Below are positions 10,675 through 20,582 of a stretch of 64,000 nt of DNA, piece after piece. Source of the stretch: Candidatus Sulfomarinibacteraceae bacterium (lineage in GTDB: Bacteria > Acidobacteriota > Thermoanaerobaculia > Thermoanaerobaculales > Sulfomarinibacteraceae). Position 1 is the stretch's first letter. Every line of letters starts with the position of its first letter. The DNA is taken from positions 96,001 to 160,000 of the forward strand of contig CAWCLO010000004.1 of assembly GCA_963796455.1 (NCBI GenBank), given 5' to 3'. A program made the translations under genes and the position numbers. Under the pieces are notes generated by a model. The model had not been told where the DNA came from. It worked only from the letters and a program-made list of their open reading frames with translations, and did not search any database.

Positions 10675-11208
10675 ATGTTCAAGAAGGACAATAACGAGCA
10701 GGGTTCGTCGGCTCAACAGCATTCGGCGCCAAGCGTGAGCGGCAACCGGAACCCGGCCCCCCGCAAGGGCGGTGGCACGGCCACGATCGGCCCCTCGATT
10801 ACCGTCAAAGGTGATGTGTCGGGCGATGAAGATCTCGTGATTCAGGGCCGTGTTGAAGGGACCGTCAAACTTGCCAAGCACAATGTGACGATTGGTGGCA
10901 ACGGACGCGTCAAGGCGGATGTGCATGGCCGGACCGTGGTGGTCGAGGGCGAGGTGACCGGTGATATCAGGGCGCAGGAGCAGATCATCCTCCGTCACAC
11001 CGCACAGGTGGAAGGTGGAATCGCCGCGCCGAGAGTGGCCCTCGAAGATGGCGCGGTCTTTCGCGGGAGCATTGAAATGGATGCGACATCGGCCAAACCC
11101 GAGATGAAAGCCACCTTGAAGAACGAGCCGGTTTCAGCCGATCGACCTGCGCCCGACGGTGGGGACAAGAAATCGAGCCCGGGATCGCAAAAGAGCCTTC
11201 CCTCCTAA
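10675..11208 (+). CDS. Bactofilin (polymer-forming cytoskeletal protein)
   Basis: TIGPSITVKGDVSGDEDLVIQGRVEG and related beta-helix repeats; GGAGG RBS. Confidence 0.92.
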   Translation: MFKKDNNEQGSSAQQHSAPSVSGNRNPAPRKGGGTATIGPSITVKGDVSGDEDLVIQGRVEGTVKLAKHNVTIGGNGRVKADVHGRTVVVEGEVTGDIRAQEQIILRHTAQVEGGIAAPRVALEDGAVFRGSIEMDATSAKPEMKATLKNEPVSADRPAPDGGDKKSSPGSQKSLPS

Positions 11209-11239
11209 GCGGCGTGTGGCGCCGTCGTAGAATAGCGCC

Positions 11240-11890
11240 ATGAAATTTCCCTGGCGCGCGAGGCGCCCTGCCACGACGGTTGTCGCGGAAGTCGAGCCGG
11301 CTCCGCCGGAGCCCTCGATCCAGACCCACCGGTCGCCGGGTCTCGAGGAGGCTCTGGCGCGGACACCCGAGCCCGAGAAGTGCCGGGTGCTCGATCTCGG
11401 GCCGGCGGTCGGGCCGAATATCGAATTCCTTGCATCAATTGCCTCGAGGGTGCAGATTGTTGATGCCTTTGATCGCAGCCGAACCGGCGGCCGACCGGCG
11501 GCCGTCGATGTCGATCGGGTCGTTCAGGTCTTGTGGGATCTGTTGCCCGAGGCGGCGTCCTCGTTCCATCTCGTCTTTGCCTGGGATTTGTTGAACTATA
11601 TTCCGGAAAACAGAATCGCATCGGTAATTGAGTTGTTGGCTGAGCTCTGTCCCCCAGAAGCGCGTCTTCACGCCATCATCGCGGCCTCGGATACGATTCC
11701 AGCCTTTCCGAATCGTTACCGGATCGTCGATCGGACAAAGCTGATCTACGAGGGGACGACAACCGAACATCGGGGTGCCCGCCAGATGCCCCCCGCCGAG
11801 GTTGACAAAATGCTCGAGCACTTCCGGGTCGAGCACTCGTTCCTGCTCCGCCACGGCGTCCGCGAATACGTCGCCGTGCGAGAAAAATAG
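11240..11890 (+). CDS. Class I SAM-dependent methyltransferase-like protein
   Basis: RVLDLGPA and FHLVFAWDLLNY motifs; directly downstream of bactofilin. Confidence 0.65.
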   Translation: MKFPWRARRPATTVVAEVEPAPPEPSIQTHRSPGLEEALARTPEPEKCRVLDLGPAVGPNIEFLASIASRVQIVDAFDRSRTGGRPAAVDVDRVVQVLWDLLPEAASSFHLVFAWDLLNYIPENRIASVIELLAELCPPEARLHAIIAASDTIPAFPNRYRIVDRTKLIYEGTTTEHRGARQMPPAEVDKMLEHFRVEHSFLLRHGVREYVAVREK

Positions 11891-11895
11891 GCTCA

Positions 11896-11920
11896 GAATT
11901 AGGAATTAGGAATTAGGAAT
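11896..11920. repeat. (GAATTAG)n heptamer tandem repeat
   Basis: gaattaggaattaggaattaggaat; loose complementary partner ttcctgattccagattc at about 11974-11990. Confidence 0.75.
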
Positions 11921-11988
11921 GACATCGCCGGCTCGATACGCCGCGGTCAGGCCGGGGGATTTTTACTTCCACGTTCCTGATTCCAGAT

Positions 11989-12678
11989 TCAGAACTTCTG
12001 TCCGATCGCTTCGGTCAGAAATCGGACGAAGGGTGCCGCCGCCTGGAATGACGCCGCGACCTGGTCGATGAAGTCGGCGCGGCATGCCTTTGTCTGGGTG
12101 AAGTTCTCCACACACACAAAATCTTTCCGTTTGAGGTCCTCGATATGAGGATTGTCGGCGTCAAAACCTCGTGGAGGACGTTTGAGGCTTTCACCACTGA
12201 GTTTGTGGTGTTCAGTGAATTTCGGATCCCGGGTGATTCCGGTCCATTTCTTCGGGTGCTCCACGATGGTGTTCCGGATCTCTTCGAGACCGGATCGTTC
12301 GGGGTGCCAGAGACCGGCGCCCACAAAGACCTCACCGGGTTCGAGGTGGACATAGAACCCGGGTGCGTGGACGTCTCGCCCTGCACGGTGACGAAACTGG
12401 GCGGCGGCGTGGGTTTTGTAGGGACTTTTGTCCTTGGAAAACCGCACATCGCGGTAAATCCTGAACATGGAACCACCCGATGGGCGTGGATCGGCCACGA
12501 ACTGTGGGCTGATCGCATGCAGTGGGTCGGCGAAATCGGAGATGAAGTGCAGCAGAGGCTCCTGGATCTCCTTGCGATACCGGTCCTTGTTGGCTTGGAA
12601 CCATTCACGGGTGTTGTTTTCCTTGAGCTCCTTCAAGAAGCCGAAAAATGCCGGATTGAAATATCGTTGACCGCCCAT
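11989..12678 (-). CDS. DUF2461 (TIGR02453) family protein
   Basis: NNTREWF, FRIYRDVRFSKDKSPYK, LKRPPRGF; GGAGG RBS before MGGQRYF. Confidence 0.92.
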   Translation of the reverse strand: MGGQRYFNPAFFGFLKELKENNTREWFQANKDRYRKEIQEPLLHFISDFADPLHAISPQFVADPRPSGGSMFRIYRDVRFSKDKSPYKTHAAAQFRHRAGRDVHAPGFYVHLEPGEVFVGAGLWHPERSGLEEIRNTIVEHPKKWTGITRDPKFTEHHKLSGESLKRPPRGFDADNPHIEDLKRKDFVCVENFTQTKACRADFIDQVAASFQAAAPFVRFLTEAIGQKF

Positions 12679-12769
12679 TGGACCTCCCGGGTGTGTTCTT
12701 CCTTGATAATCTCCCGGGCGCCGATTCTGTTCCTCTGTTAGGATTCTTTTTTTGAACATGGGAGTGCTT

Positions 12770-13318
12770 ATGAGATCTACAAAGAGAGTTCTGATCGTTT
12801 GTCTCTGCACGGCGACCCTGGTTGCGGGCGTTGCCTGGGCAAAGGTGGTTTCGGATTATGATCCGACGGTCGATTTTTCGGCCTATTCGACCTTTGGATG
12901 GTTGGAGCGGGACAATTCTATTGAGGCCCAGTTACCGGATCACCTCCGGGTTCGATTGCACCGGGTCACCGAAGATGTGATGGCCGAGAAGGGGATCTTG
13001 CCGTCTCCGGCACCTCCGCAAACCGATCTTCTTCTGACCTTTTATCTGGCCACCAGCGACGAGCTCGAAATACGCCAGGTCGGATACAGCACGTACTCCC
13101 CGTGGGGCTATAGTTACTGGCCCGGTTTCAACTATGGTTACACCGAGGTCCGGTCGTACAAGAAGGGGACACTGGTGTTGGATATCGTCGATGCCCGGAC
13201 CCGCAAGCTGGTGTGGGTCGGCACTCTGGAAAAAGAGATGCAGAGCACCAACCCGCCGGGAAAGAAGATCACGAAGTCGATCACGAAGTTGCTCAAGACT
13301 TTTCCGCCAAAAAAATAG
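12770..13318 (+). CDS. DUF4136 domain-containing exported protein
   Basis: Signal peptide; DYDPTVDFSAYSTF and GTLVLDIVDARTRKLVWVG. Confidence 0.85.
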   Translation: MRSTKRVLIVCLCTATLVAGVAWAKVVSDYDPTVDFSAYSTFGWLERDNSIEAQLPDHLRVRLHRVTEDVMAEKGILPSPAPPQTDLLLTFYLATSDELEIRQVGYSTYSPWGYSYWPGFNYGYTEVRSYKKGTLVLDIVDARTRKLVWVGTLEKEMQSTNPPGKKITKSITKLLKTFPPKK

Positions 13319-13338
13319 AGCCGCTTCGTCGGCCTGTA

Positions 13339-13923
13339 TCAACGAAGCAGGCGGCCCTTTGATTCGGCGATACGGCGCACCATTTCAGCGTCGACCGGGC
13401 TGCCGTGCTCTTCCATGTCGGTTGCGAGCTTTGACAGCGTGCGGTGGTCTTCCTCGGCGCGCATCCGCAGCGCCTTGGCCATCCTGTTGAATGGGTCCTC
13501 GAGCGATCGGATCGTGTCCTCTTCACGCAATCTGAGGGTGACGTTGTAGTCGCCTGAGGCGATGCTCTCGAGACGTTTCGTAATGTTGTGGACGGCGCCG
13601 GAGGTTCGATGGGTGATCATGATCGAGCGCACGGTGACCATCGCGAGGATGATCAACGAGATCGAAATCATGATCATGAGATTGCGGTTGTCTGCAACTC
13701 GCATCGGGTTGCCGATCTCCGGGTTCTCGGCGATCACGATCTTGGTTTCCTGGTGGTTCTGGTAGGCGATCGTACCGTTCAAGAGGACCAGGAGGACAAA
13801 CACCAATCCAACGACTCTCAGGGTCGCGCTCAACTGGCGGCGCCGATCAACGAGATATCGTCTGCGCCGCGAACCCATCTGGAAACTGTTTGGTGAGGCA
13901 TCGTCGGGGGTTTTGGACGTCAT
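13339..13923 (-). CDS. Two-TM HAMP-domain membrane protein
   Basis: Two TM helices followed by HAMP-like ITHRTSGAV...SGDYNVTLRLREED...FNRM. Confidence 0.75.
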   Translation of the reverse strand: MTSKTPDDASPNSFQMGSRRRRYLVDRRRQLSATLRVVGLVFVLLVLLNGTIAYQNHQETKIVIAENPEIGNPMRVADNRNLMIMISISLIILAMVTVRSIMITHRTSGAVHNITKRLESIASGDYNVTLRLREEDTIRSLEDPFNRMAKALRMRAEEDHRTLSKLATDMEEHGSPVDAEMVRRIAESKGRLLR

Positions 13924-14178
13924 GTCAGCTCCCTTCGGGTTGGGTCTGCTGGAGTCTACCGGGCAAGGGAAGGACTGAGAACTCCACAGATTCGATAGGC
14001 GGGCACAGCGTCTGGATGACCCCGCCAAACTCGATCGACAGTATTGATGTATTCATCCCTTGCTCCGAAAACCGATGGTCACAGCTCGCTTGCGGCGCGC
14101 TCGATTGTGGTCAGAAAAGATTGTATCGCAAAAACAGGTATCATCGCAGCTACGAATCCATGATGGGAGGGGATCTCA

Positions 14179-14448
14179 TTGGCCGGTGATTGTGGTGAAG
14201 GCGAGGTTCGGACGAACTCCATTCCCTGTGTTTCCAGCGTTCAACTTTTTCGTCGCCTCGATGAAGAGTCGAAGCTCAGAATCGGCTTCGGCAGGTTTGG
14301 TGACCGCGAGGGTATCCGATTGGTGTGTGTTGATCCCGATCTCGACCGAGAGCGGGTCGATGAAATGATCCGCCTGATAAAGAGTGTTGCAGAGGAAGTC
14401 CGCAATGAAGATGGCGGATCTCGTGCGGCTCGGACCGCGGATCAATAG
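14179..14448 (+). pseudogene. Possible C-terminal remnant of a PLP-dependent (group II) decarboxylase
   Basis: LFRRLDEESKLRIGFGRFGDREGIRLVCVDPDL resembles the small C-terminal domain of such enzymes. No N-terminal part upstream. Recognised from memory only. Confidence 0.3.
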
Positions 14449-14460
14449 GAGTCCGGTGAT

Positions 14461-16221
14461 TTGAAAATTCCAAGTTCCAACCTGGTCGAGAACATCCGCG
14501 CGGGGATCATCGGTGATGACCGCGCAGTCGAGGGCCCTTTTGGATTGCGGCGGGTCACCTATGCCGATTACACGGCGTCTGGGAGATCGCTCGATTTTAT
14601 CGAAGACTTTATTCGCGACGAGGTGATGCCGCTCTACGCCAATACCCACAGCGAGTCGTCGACCACCGGTCTCCAGACCACCCGCTTTCGCGAAGACGCG
14701 CGGCGTCACATTCTCCAGGCAGTGAACGGCGGCGCCGAGGACGTCGTGATCTTTTGCGGCTCGGGAGCCACCGGTGCGATCAACAAAATGATCGAGATCC
14801 TGAACATCAGAGTGCCGGCCGATCTGGATGATCGCTATCGCCTCTCTGAGATGATCCCGCGGGAAGAGCGTCCGGTGGTTTTTATCGGTCCCTACGAGCA
14901 CCACTCCAACGAGATTGCTTGGCGCGAGACCATCGCCGACGTCGTGGTCATCGCCGAAGACGAAGACGGCCACATCGCCGAAGAGCACCTCGAACGTGAG
15001 CTGGCTGAATACGCCGAACGACCGCTCAAGATCGGCAGTTTCTCGGCTGCCTCCAACGTCACCGGCATTGTCTCCAAAATTCGGAGCCTGGCGACGCTTC
15101 TGCATCGCCATGGAGCGCTCTCATTTTGGGATTTTGCGGCAGCCGCACCATATGTCGGCATCGATATGAATCCGAGCGGTGATGACGGCAATCCGTTGCC
15201 CACCAAGGATGCGGTCTTCATCTCGCCACACAAGTTTATCGGCGGGCCGGGGACACCGGGGGTCCTGGTGGTCAAGAGGTCGTTGGTTACCAATCGGGTC
15301 CCGACGGTCCCGGGTGGTGGCACGGTCTCCTACGTCAGTGAGCATGACCACAGCTACATCAGCGATCCGGCGGTGCGCGAAGAAGGTGGAACCCCCGCGA
15401 TCATCGAGTCGATCCGGGCCGGGTTGGTTTTCAAGTTGAAAGACGCGGTCGGTGAAGAGGCTATCGAGGAGTTGGAGGAGTCCTTTGTTCGGAGGGCCAT
15501 TCAGTCGTGGTCCTCCAACCCGACAATCAATATTCTCGGAAACAAAGACGCGACCCGCCTCTCCATCGTGTCCTTTCTGATTCAGAGAGAAGGGCACTTT
15601 CTGCATCACAATTTCGTGGTTGCACTTCTCAACGATCTGTTTGGTATCCAGGCGCGAGGCGGATGTTCCTGCGCCGGTCCCTACGGACATCGGCTCCTGG
15701 GCATTGACGGGGTCCGGTCATCCAAGTTTCGTGAAGCAATCAACAGCGGGTGCGAGGGCATCAAACCGGGCTGGGTGCGGGTCAATTTCAACTATTTCAT
15801 CTCGGAAGCGGTTTTCCGCTTTATCGTTGACGCGGTCCATCTGGTAGCGGCCGACGGCTGGAAGCTCCTGCCCTACTATCGGTTTTCAATCGATAGCGGG
15901 GAATGGCGCCACCGAGACCACCACATCGGGACCCAACGCGGCCTCGATCATGTTGTTTTCGATTCGGGTCGCCTCGAATACAGCGGCAAGGTCCTGACCG
16001 AACCCGAGAGCGCCCTCGAAAGATATCTCGAAGAAGCACGCCAGATTGTCCGCTCCGCAGAGATCGAGTTCGGTGGTGGCGGTGGGTCTTCGGCACTTGC
16101 GGAAGGATTGGAGCACCTGCGGTGGTTCCCCCTGCCGAACGTGCCTTTGATCGACGCGACAGATTCATGCGACATCGGTGATGAAAATGATTCTGTAACC
16201 ACCGACGAGCGTTCTTCGTAA
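14461..16221 (+). CDS. Aminotransferase class V / cysteine desulfurase-like PLP enzyme
   Basis: YADYTASGR, YEHHSN, ASNVTG, SPHKFIGGPG (PLP Lys), RGGCSCAGPY. Confidence 0.92.
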   Translation: MKIPSSNLVENIRAGIIGDDRAVEGPFGLRRVTYADYTASGRSLDFIEDFIRDEVMPLYANTHSESSTTGLQTTRFREDARRHILQAVNGGAEDVVIFCGSGATGAINKMIEILNIRVPADLDDRYRLSEMIPREERPVVFIGPYEHHSNEIAWRETIADVVVIAEDEDGHIAEEHLERELAEYAERPLKIGSFSAASNVTGIVSKIRSLATLLHRHGALSFWDFAAAAPYVGIDMNPSGDDGNPLPTKDAVFISPHKFIGGPGTPGVLVVKRSLVTNRVPTVPGGGTVSYVSEHDHSYISDPAVREEGGTPAIIESIRAGLVFKLKDAVGEEAIEELEESFVRRAIQSWSSNPTINILGNKDATRLSIVSFLIQREGHFLHHNFVVALLNDLFGIQARGGCSCAGPYGHRLLGIDGVRSSKFREAINSGCEGIKPGWVRVNFNYFISEAVFRFIVDAVHLVAADGWKLLPYYRFSIDSGEWRHRDHHIGTQRGLDHVVFDSGRLEYSGKVLTEPESALERYLEEARQIVRSAEIEFGGGGGSSALAEGLEHLRWFPLPNVPLIDATDSCDIGDENDSVTTDERSS

Positions 16222-16288
16222 TCTGTAGCAGAAGGGGCTCGACCGGGATGTCGATTCATGGATTTGGCGAGTAGCGGAGGCACGAGAA

Positions 16289-17029
16289 TTGAGAATCGGA
16301 GAAAGCAGACTGGCACAGGCGAGGGAACGGCGGTGGAACCGGCCATATAATTCCCTGCATCCGGTCGTGCTCGAACTCGAAAAAGAAGACACTCCGCTTC
16401 GTCGTCGCGCGGTTCGATTGGGTATTTTGGCGGCTATCGCCTTTCACCTCGTGGTTTTCATCATCGTATTTCCCTCATACTACGAAGAAAAAATTCTCAA
16501 GGTCGGGAGCGTGCCGCGGGTTTATCGCCTCAAACAGGTGAAGTTCCAGCAACCGCCGAAACCGAGAGCTCGCAGCCAGGTCATCACCCCGAAAGCACGA
16601 AAGGTGCCGGTTCCGGATGCGACACCGGACGACCCCGAACCGATGGTCCGTGACGAAGCCATTGATGCTTCCGATCTCGAGTTCCCGGAGGTCGGCGACA
16701 CGACTGTCATTCCGGAGGGTCCCATGGGCCCCGCCATCGGACCGATGCAGATCGCCGGCGATGTCTTGGCGCCGAAACGAATCTATGCGCCGGATCCTCA
16801 TTACCCTGAGGAAGCGCGGCACGGAAGAATCCAGGGGGTGGTCATTCTGCAGACCATCATCAACAAGCTCGGAAACGTGACCGACGTCAGGGTGCTCAAG
16901 GGGCTGCCCTCCGGTCTGACCGAGGCCGCGGTGGAAGCTGTGTCTTCCTGGCGCTTCGAACCGGCCACGCTCGAAGGACAACCCGTGGCCGTGTATTACC
17001 TCGTGACCGTCAGCTTCTCCGTTCAGTAG
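16289..17029 (+). CDS. Energy transducer TonB family protein
   Basis: TM anchor with His, Pro-rich linker, TonB_C motifs PHYPEEAR...QGVV and WRFEPA. Start uncertain. Confidence 0.88.
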   Translation: MRIGESRLAQARERRWNRPYNSLHPVVLELEKEDTPLRRRAVRLGILAAIAFHLVVFIIVFPSYYEEKILKVGSVPRVYRLKQVKFQQPPKPRARSQVITPKARKVPVPDATPDDPEPMVRDEAIDASDLEFPEVGDTTVIPEGPMGPAIGPMQIAGDVLAPKRIYAPDPHYPEEARHGRIQGVVILQTIINKLGNVTDVRVLKGLPSGLTEAAVEAVSSWRFEPATLEGQPVAVYYLVTVSFSVQ

Positions 17030-17059
17030 CCGCTATCTGCGCGGGTTGATTGCCGAATT

Positions 17060-17533
17060 CGATGCTCGATACTAGATGCTGGATCACTGCTGTCCAAAAC
17101 AGATCGTCATGAATTTTCCCACCTGACGACACGTGGTTCGCGGGTTGGTTTCTGGCATATCCAATTCGCAGTTGTCCCGTGCCCGCGTCCGCGTCCGTGT
17201 CCGTGCCCGAATTGCAGCGGCAGCGACAGCGACAGTGTCCAGCGGCAGAGCGACAGAGAGCAGCGACAGCGAACAACACTCACTTCTTCGGGGTTCCGGC
17301 CTTTGTGGTGCGGCCGTCTCGGCCGCACGGTGTGCAGGCGAGACGCCTACACCACCACGGCTGTTCCTTCTGTTGAACGACCCGGAGGTGGCAACTTCGT
17401 CGCCAGTACTACTGACCGCTGCCGCTGGAAACTGAACGCCGCCCCTGATCCCTGACGCTGCGAACTGTCGCTGCCGCTGTAATTTGGGCGCGGACTCGGC
17501 ATCCAGCATCCAGCATCACAGCATCGAGCATCG
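17060..17533 (+). repeat. Composite nested palindromic repeat, copy 1 (most complete)
   Basis: Outer GATGCT(C/G) and CAGCATC heptamer arms; GCTGTCCAAAAC module; 31-bp inverted repeat 17199-17229 / 17465-17495; REP-like hairpins 17305-17356; core ACGACCCGGAGGTG at 17377. Confidence 0.88.
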
Positions 17534-17682
17534 TGTTGCGGGCGATCTCCCTATCTCCCTTTCTCCTCCGCCCCGGTGCCCCCCTGCCTCACTCCCGCCA
17601 CGATTTTCCTCGGTACCGCCCGACGGACGCCCTCTCCGCACCTGATCGCGTTGTGAAGCTTGGTGATGAAAGGGGGTGTCCC

Positions 17683-18603
17683 ATGCAACAGGACGACCGA
17701 ATTTTTGCAGCGGTGGGTGCGTGTGTGATCGTAGGTGTGACACTGGCTGCGGCCGTCATGTGGCTTGCCTCCGGCATTTCTGTCGAGGCACCACAGAGGG
17801 CGACCGTCGCGGTGAACCGACTGGAGGCGCCGAACCAGGCGACCTCACTGCCGGCCAACCCGGAGGTGGTCGAGGCGAGTTTGAACCTCGACGGGGACGA
17901 CTCGCTGATCAGGTCCTCGCTGGCCCGATTGTCTTCGCACCCCAGGTTCGCCGAGTACCTCGTCAATGATCGATTGCTTCGCCGGTTTGTTGGAACTGTC
18001 GATGCGATCGCGGGTGGTTACAACCCTCGTGACGAGGTCGATTTTATGCGGCCCGTGAGCGACTTCATGGTCCGGGAGGACGAGGGCCGTCTGGTGATCG
18101 CGGCCGGCAGTTTCCGCCGCTACGCAGTGGTTGCCGACACTTTCGCCTCGATCGACAGCGCCGGCTCGGCCGAACTCTACCGGCGTCTCAGCCCGAAACT
18201 CGAAGCTGTCTATCAGGAAATCGGTTGGGGCAGCGACTCATTTGACGACCGCCTCCGGGAAGCGATCGACCACCTGCTCGAAGTCGAGGTTCCGGGAGGT
18301 CCCATCGAGGTCGAGCAGCGATCCATCGTCTACGCATTCGCTGAGGATGAGTTCGAGGGGCTGACCGCCGCTCAAAAACTCCTCGTGCGGATGGGTGACT
18401 CGAATGCACGAAAGGTCCAGAACAAACTGATCGAACTCCGCCAGGCGTTCGGCTGGCCGGATCGCACCATCCCGGTGGTGACGGCGGAGCTGGAAATGCC
18501 GCAGGAACCCGAGATGATTCGTGAGCCGATCGTTGCCGACGCCTCGTCCATCGTGTCCCCGGACCCGATCGAGGAACGGATTGGAGCGCCCGAAGTACCC
18601 TGA
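17683..18603 (+). CDS. DUF3014 domain-containing protein
   Basis: N-terminal TM; LLRRFVGTVD, AIDHLL, YAFAEDEFEGLTAAQKLLVRMG. Confidence 0.85.
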   Translation: MQQDDRIFAAVGACVIVGVTLAAAVMWLASGISVEAPQRATVAVNRLEAPNQATSLPANPEVVEASLNLDGDDSLIRSSLARLSSHPRFAEYLVNDRLLRRFVGTVDAIAGGYNPRDEVDFMRPVSDFMVREDEGRLVIAAGSFRRYAVVADTFASIDSAGSAELYRRLSPKLEAVYQEIGWGSDSFDDRLREAIDHLLEVEVPGGPIEVEQRSIVYAFAEDEFEGLTAAQKLLVRMGDSNARKVQNKLIELRQAFGWPDRTIPVVTAELEMPQEPEMIREPIVADASSIVSPDPIEERIGAPEVP

Positions 18604-18615
18604 TCGGGTCGTCGC

Positions 18616-18652
18616 ACCGGGGCGAGGATGGTCCTCGCCCCGGTTTCTTTTT
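18616..18652 (+). terminator. Rho-independent terminator
   Basis: Perfect 13-bp stem accggggcgagga / tcctcgccccggt followed by ttcttttt. Confidence 0.85.
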
Positions 18653-18675
18653 GCCGGCTGGCACTTGTTCGATCA

Positions 18676-18786
18676 GATGCTGGATACTCGATGCTGGATC
18701 AGTGCTGTCCAAAACGAATCGTGACCTGAATCTGGCCGATTGAAAACACGAGTTTCAGGGGTTGGGTTTTGGAGGATCCGGTTCGT
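18676..18786 (+). repeat. Partial composite repeat (heptamer arm plus GCTGTCCAAAAC module)
   Basis: gatgctggatactcgatgctggatc then gctgtccaaaac at 18704; similar to 17060-17170. Confidence 0.75.
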
Positions 18787-18885
18787 CGTTGCCCCGCGCT
18801 GTTCTCGCTTTCTTTTACCGTTTTCGGAGGGAGAAAGAGAGAGCCACCCGGCACCGATCCCGCAGGCACGCGAATGTCGCCTCCC

Positions 18886-19007
18886 GATGTCATCCTGAGC
18901 GGAGCCCCACAGGGGCGTAGTCGAAGGATCTATGAGATGGGATGTAACGACCTCAGACCGCAGATCCTTCGACTACGCGCAAAAGGCGCTCCGCTCAGGA
19001 TGACATC
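18886..19007. repeat. REP-like long palindrome, TGTCATCCTGAGC...TCGAAGGATCT family
   Basis: Perfectly paired arm segments of 20 bp (gatgtcatcctgagcggagc) and 17 bp (gcgtagtcgaaggatct). Confidence 0.9.
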
Positions 19008-19134
19008 TTGAAAATATGCAGCCAACCTAAAAAACCCTCCGCGATATGTCACCGGGAGAGCAAGGATCCACACAGGAGGGGGTTTCCGGCCACCGAAGGG
19101 CTGCTGAGGATTCCGATCCCGAAGCGGAAAAAGG

Positions 19135-19524
19135 GACTGATCGCTGTCGCGGATGACTGAACGCTGCTACTGCCTACTGTTCGCTGACGCTGTCCGCCGT
19201 TCCCTGGCGCTGTCCCTGGACGCCGTCCGAGGCTCTTTCAAGGACAAGAGTGATGCTGAATGCTGGATCCACCCAACCGCGCACGCTGCAGACCGCAGAT
19301 AACGCAGATAGACGCGGATGACCGGGCCGGGCTTGCCGTTGACATCGGCTGACCACCGGCTACTCCTTTCGTTGAACGACCCGGAGGTGGCCACATTGCC
19401 GTCTGGACTCCTGACCGCTGGCGCTGACTCACTGTACTGTCTGATCACTGTCGCTGCCGCTGGAACTTGTCCCTGTCGCTGCAGACCCCGCAATAGAGGG
19501 TTCGCAGATAACGCGGATATCACA
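19135..19524 (+). repeat. Composite repeat, type B core
   Basis: CCGCAGATAACGCAGATAGACGCGGAT module, core ACGACCCGGAGGTG at 19376 and (CGCTG)-rich arms. Inverted homologue at about 27850-28010. Confidence 0.82.
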
Positions 19525-19589
19525 TTGGACAAGTTGCAGTCGGTGTGACTGAACCTACGCTTTCGAAAGCGATGGCGTAGCGCGATCCG

Positions 19590-20555
19590 CTAACCACCAT
19601 TCATGAGCCGCCACACGGCGACCCAGGCCGGAAGGGTCATGCTGCAGGCGAGATATGAAAGAAACATCACCGTGCCGACCCGCTCCTCATTGCCACCATA
19701 GCTTCGGACCTGGAGCACCAGGCCCACAGCGGGAGCCGACGCTGCCTCAATCACAAAAAAATCTGCCAGCAGGGGATTGACGGCATAGAGATTGAATTGA
19801 TGAAGAAGGATGATGGTCAGGGCGGGCAACAACAGGAGCTTGACTCCGAGGGCGCGGACCGCATCGCCCGCAAAGGGAAGGAATCGGACGCCGATACCGC
19901 CCAGAACCGCTCCCAAAACCAGGGTCGCCACGGGGACCGCAGCGGTACCCAGGAGATCGACGGCGGCCACGACCGGTTTGGGAATGAGAGCCGAGGCTCC
20001 GGTCAGGGCGACACCGATCGCAACGATGTTCGCGACCAGAGGAGGTGTCACGAGATCGCGGAGGCGGGTCTTCTGCCGGCCATCGCCGGAGATCAGCGTT
20101 TTTCCCAGGCTCCAGAGAATCGGGTTGTAACCGAGGATGAAAAGAAAAACGTAGAGCGCAAAATCATCGAATTGCCCGGGAAACAGAGCGAGGCCGATGG
20201 GCAGGACGAAGTAGCCGGCGTTCTGCATCCCGGCGACCGGAATGAGATCTTTCTTCTCCGGGAGTTGGTTGCTGAATACAAGGGCACCAAGAGCTGTACC
20301 AACCAAGGCCATGGCGGCGCCGGCCAGAGGCAATATCCACCACTGCGGAAGCGCCTTGGGGTCGAGGTTTTCGACGACGTTGGAAAAGATCAGACAGGGC
20401 AGAAAGATCTGGACGGAGGCCGTTGAGAGGCCGGTAATCTGGTTCTGGGTGATGACACCCCGACGAACCAGAAAACCCGCGATCAGGATGACGAGGAATA
20501 TCCCTGCGATCGCGGATACGGTCGCCCCGAAGGAGGCAGTCAGAGCTTGAACCAT
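19590..20555 (-). CDS. AEC (auxin efflux carrier) family transporter
   Basis: About 10 TM helices; FLPCLIF, NAGYFVLP, LVTPP, LVLG, KLLLLP. Confidence 0.88.
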   Translation of the reverse strand: MVQALTASFGATVSAIAGIFLVILIAGFLVRRGVITQNQITGLSTASVQIFLPCLIFSNVVENLDPKALPQWWILPLAGAAMALVGTALGALVFSNQLPEKKDLIPVAGMQNAGYFVLPIGLALFPGQFDDFALYVFLFILGYNPILWSLGKTLISGDGRQKTRLRDLVTPPLVANIVAIGVALTGASALIPKPVVAAVDLLGTAAVPVATLVLGAVLGGIGVRFLPFAGDAVRALGVKLLLLPALTIILLHQFNLYAVNPLLADFFVIEAASAPAVGLVLQVRSYGGNEERVGTVMFLSYLACSMTLPAWVAVWRLMNGG

Positions 20556-20582
20556 CGTGACAGTCTCGATTCCTGATTGATT

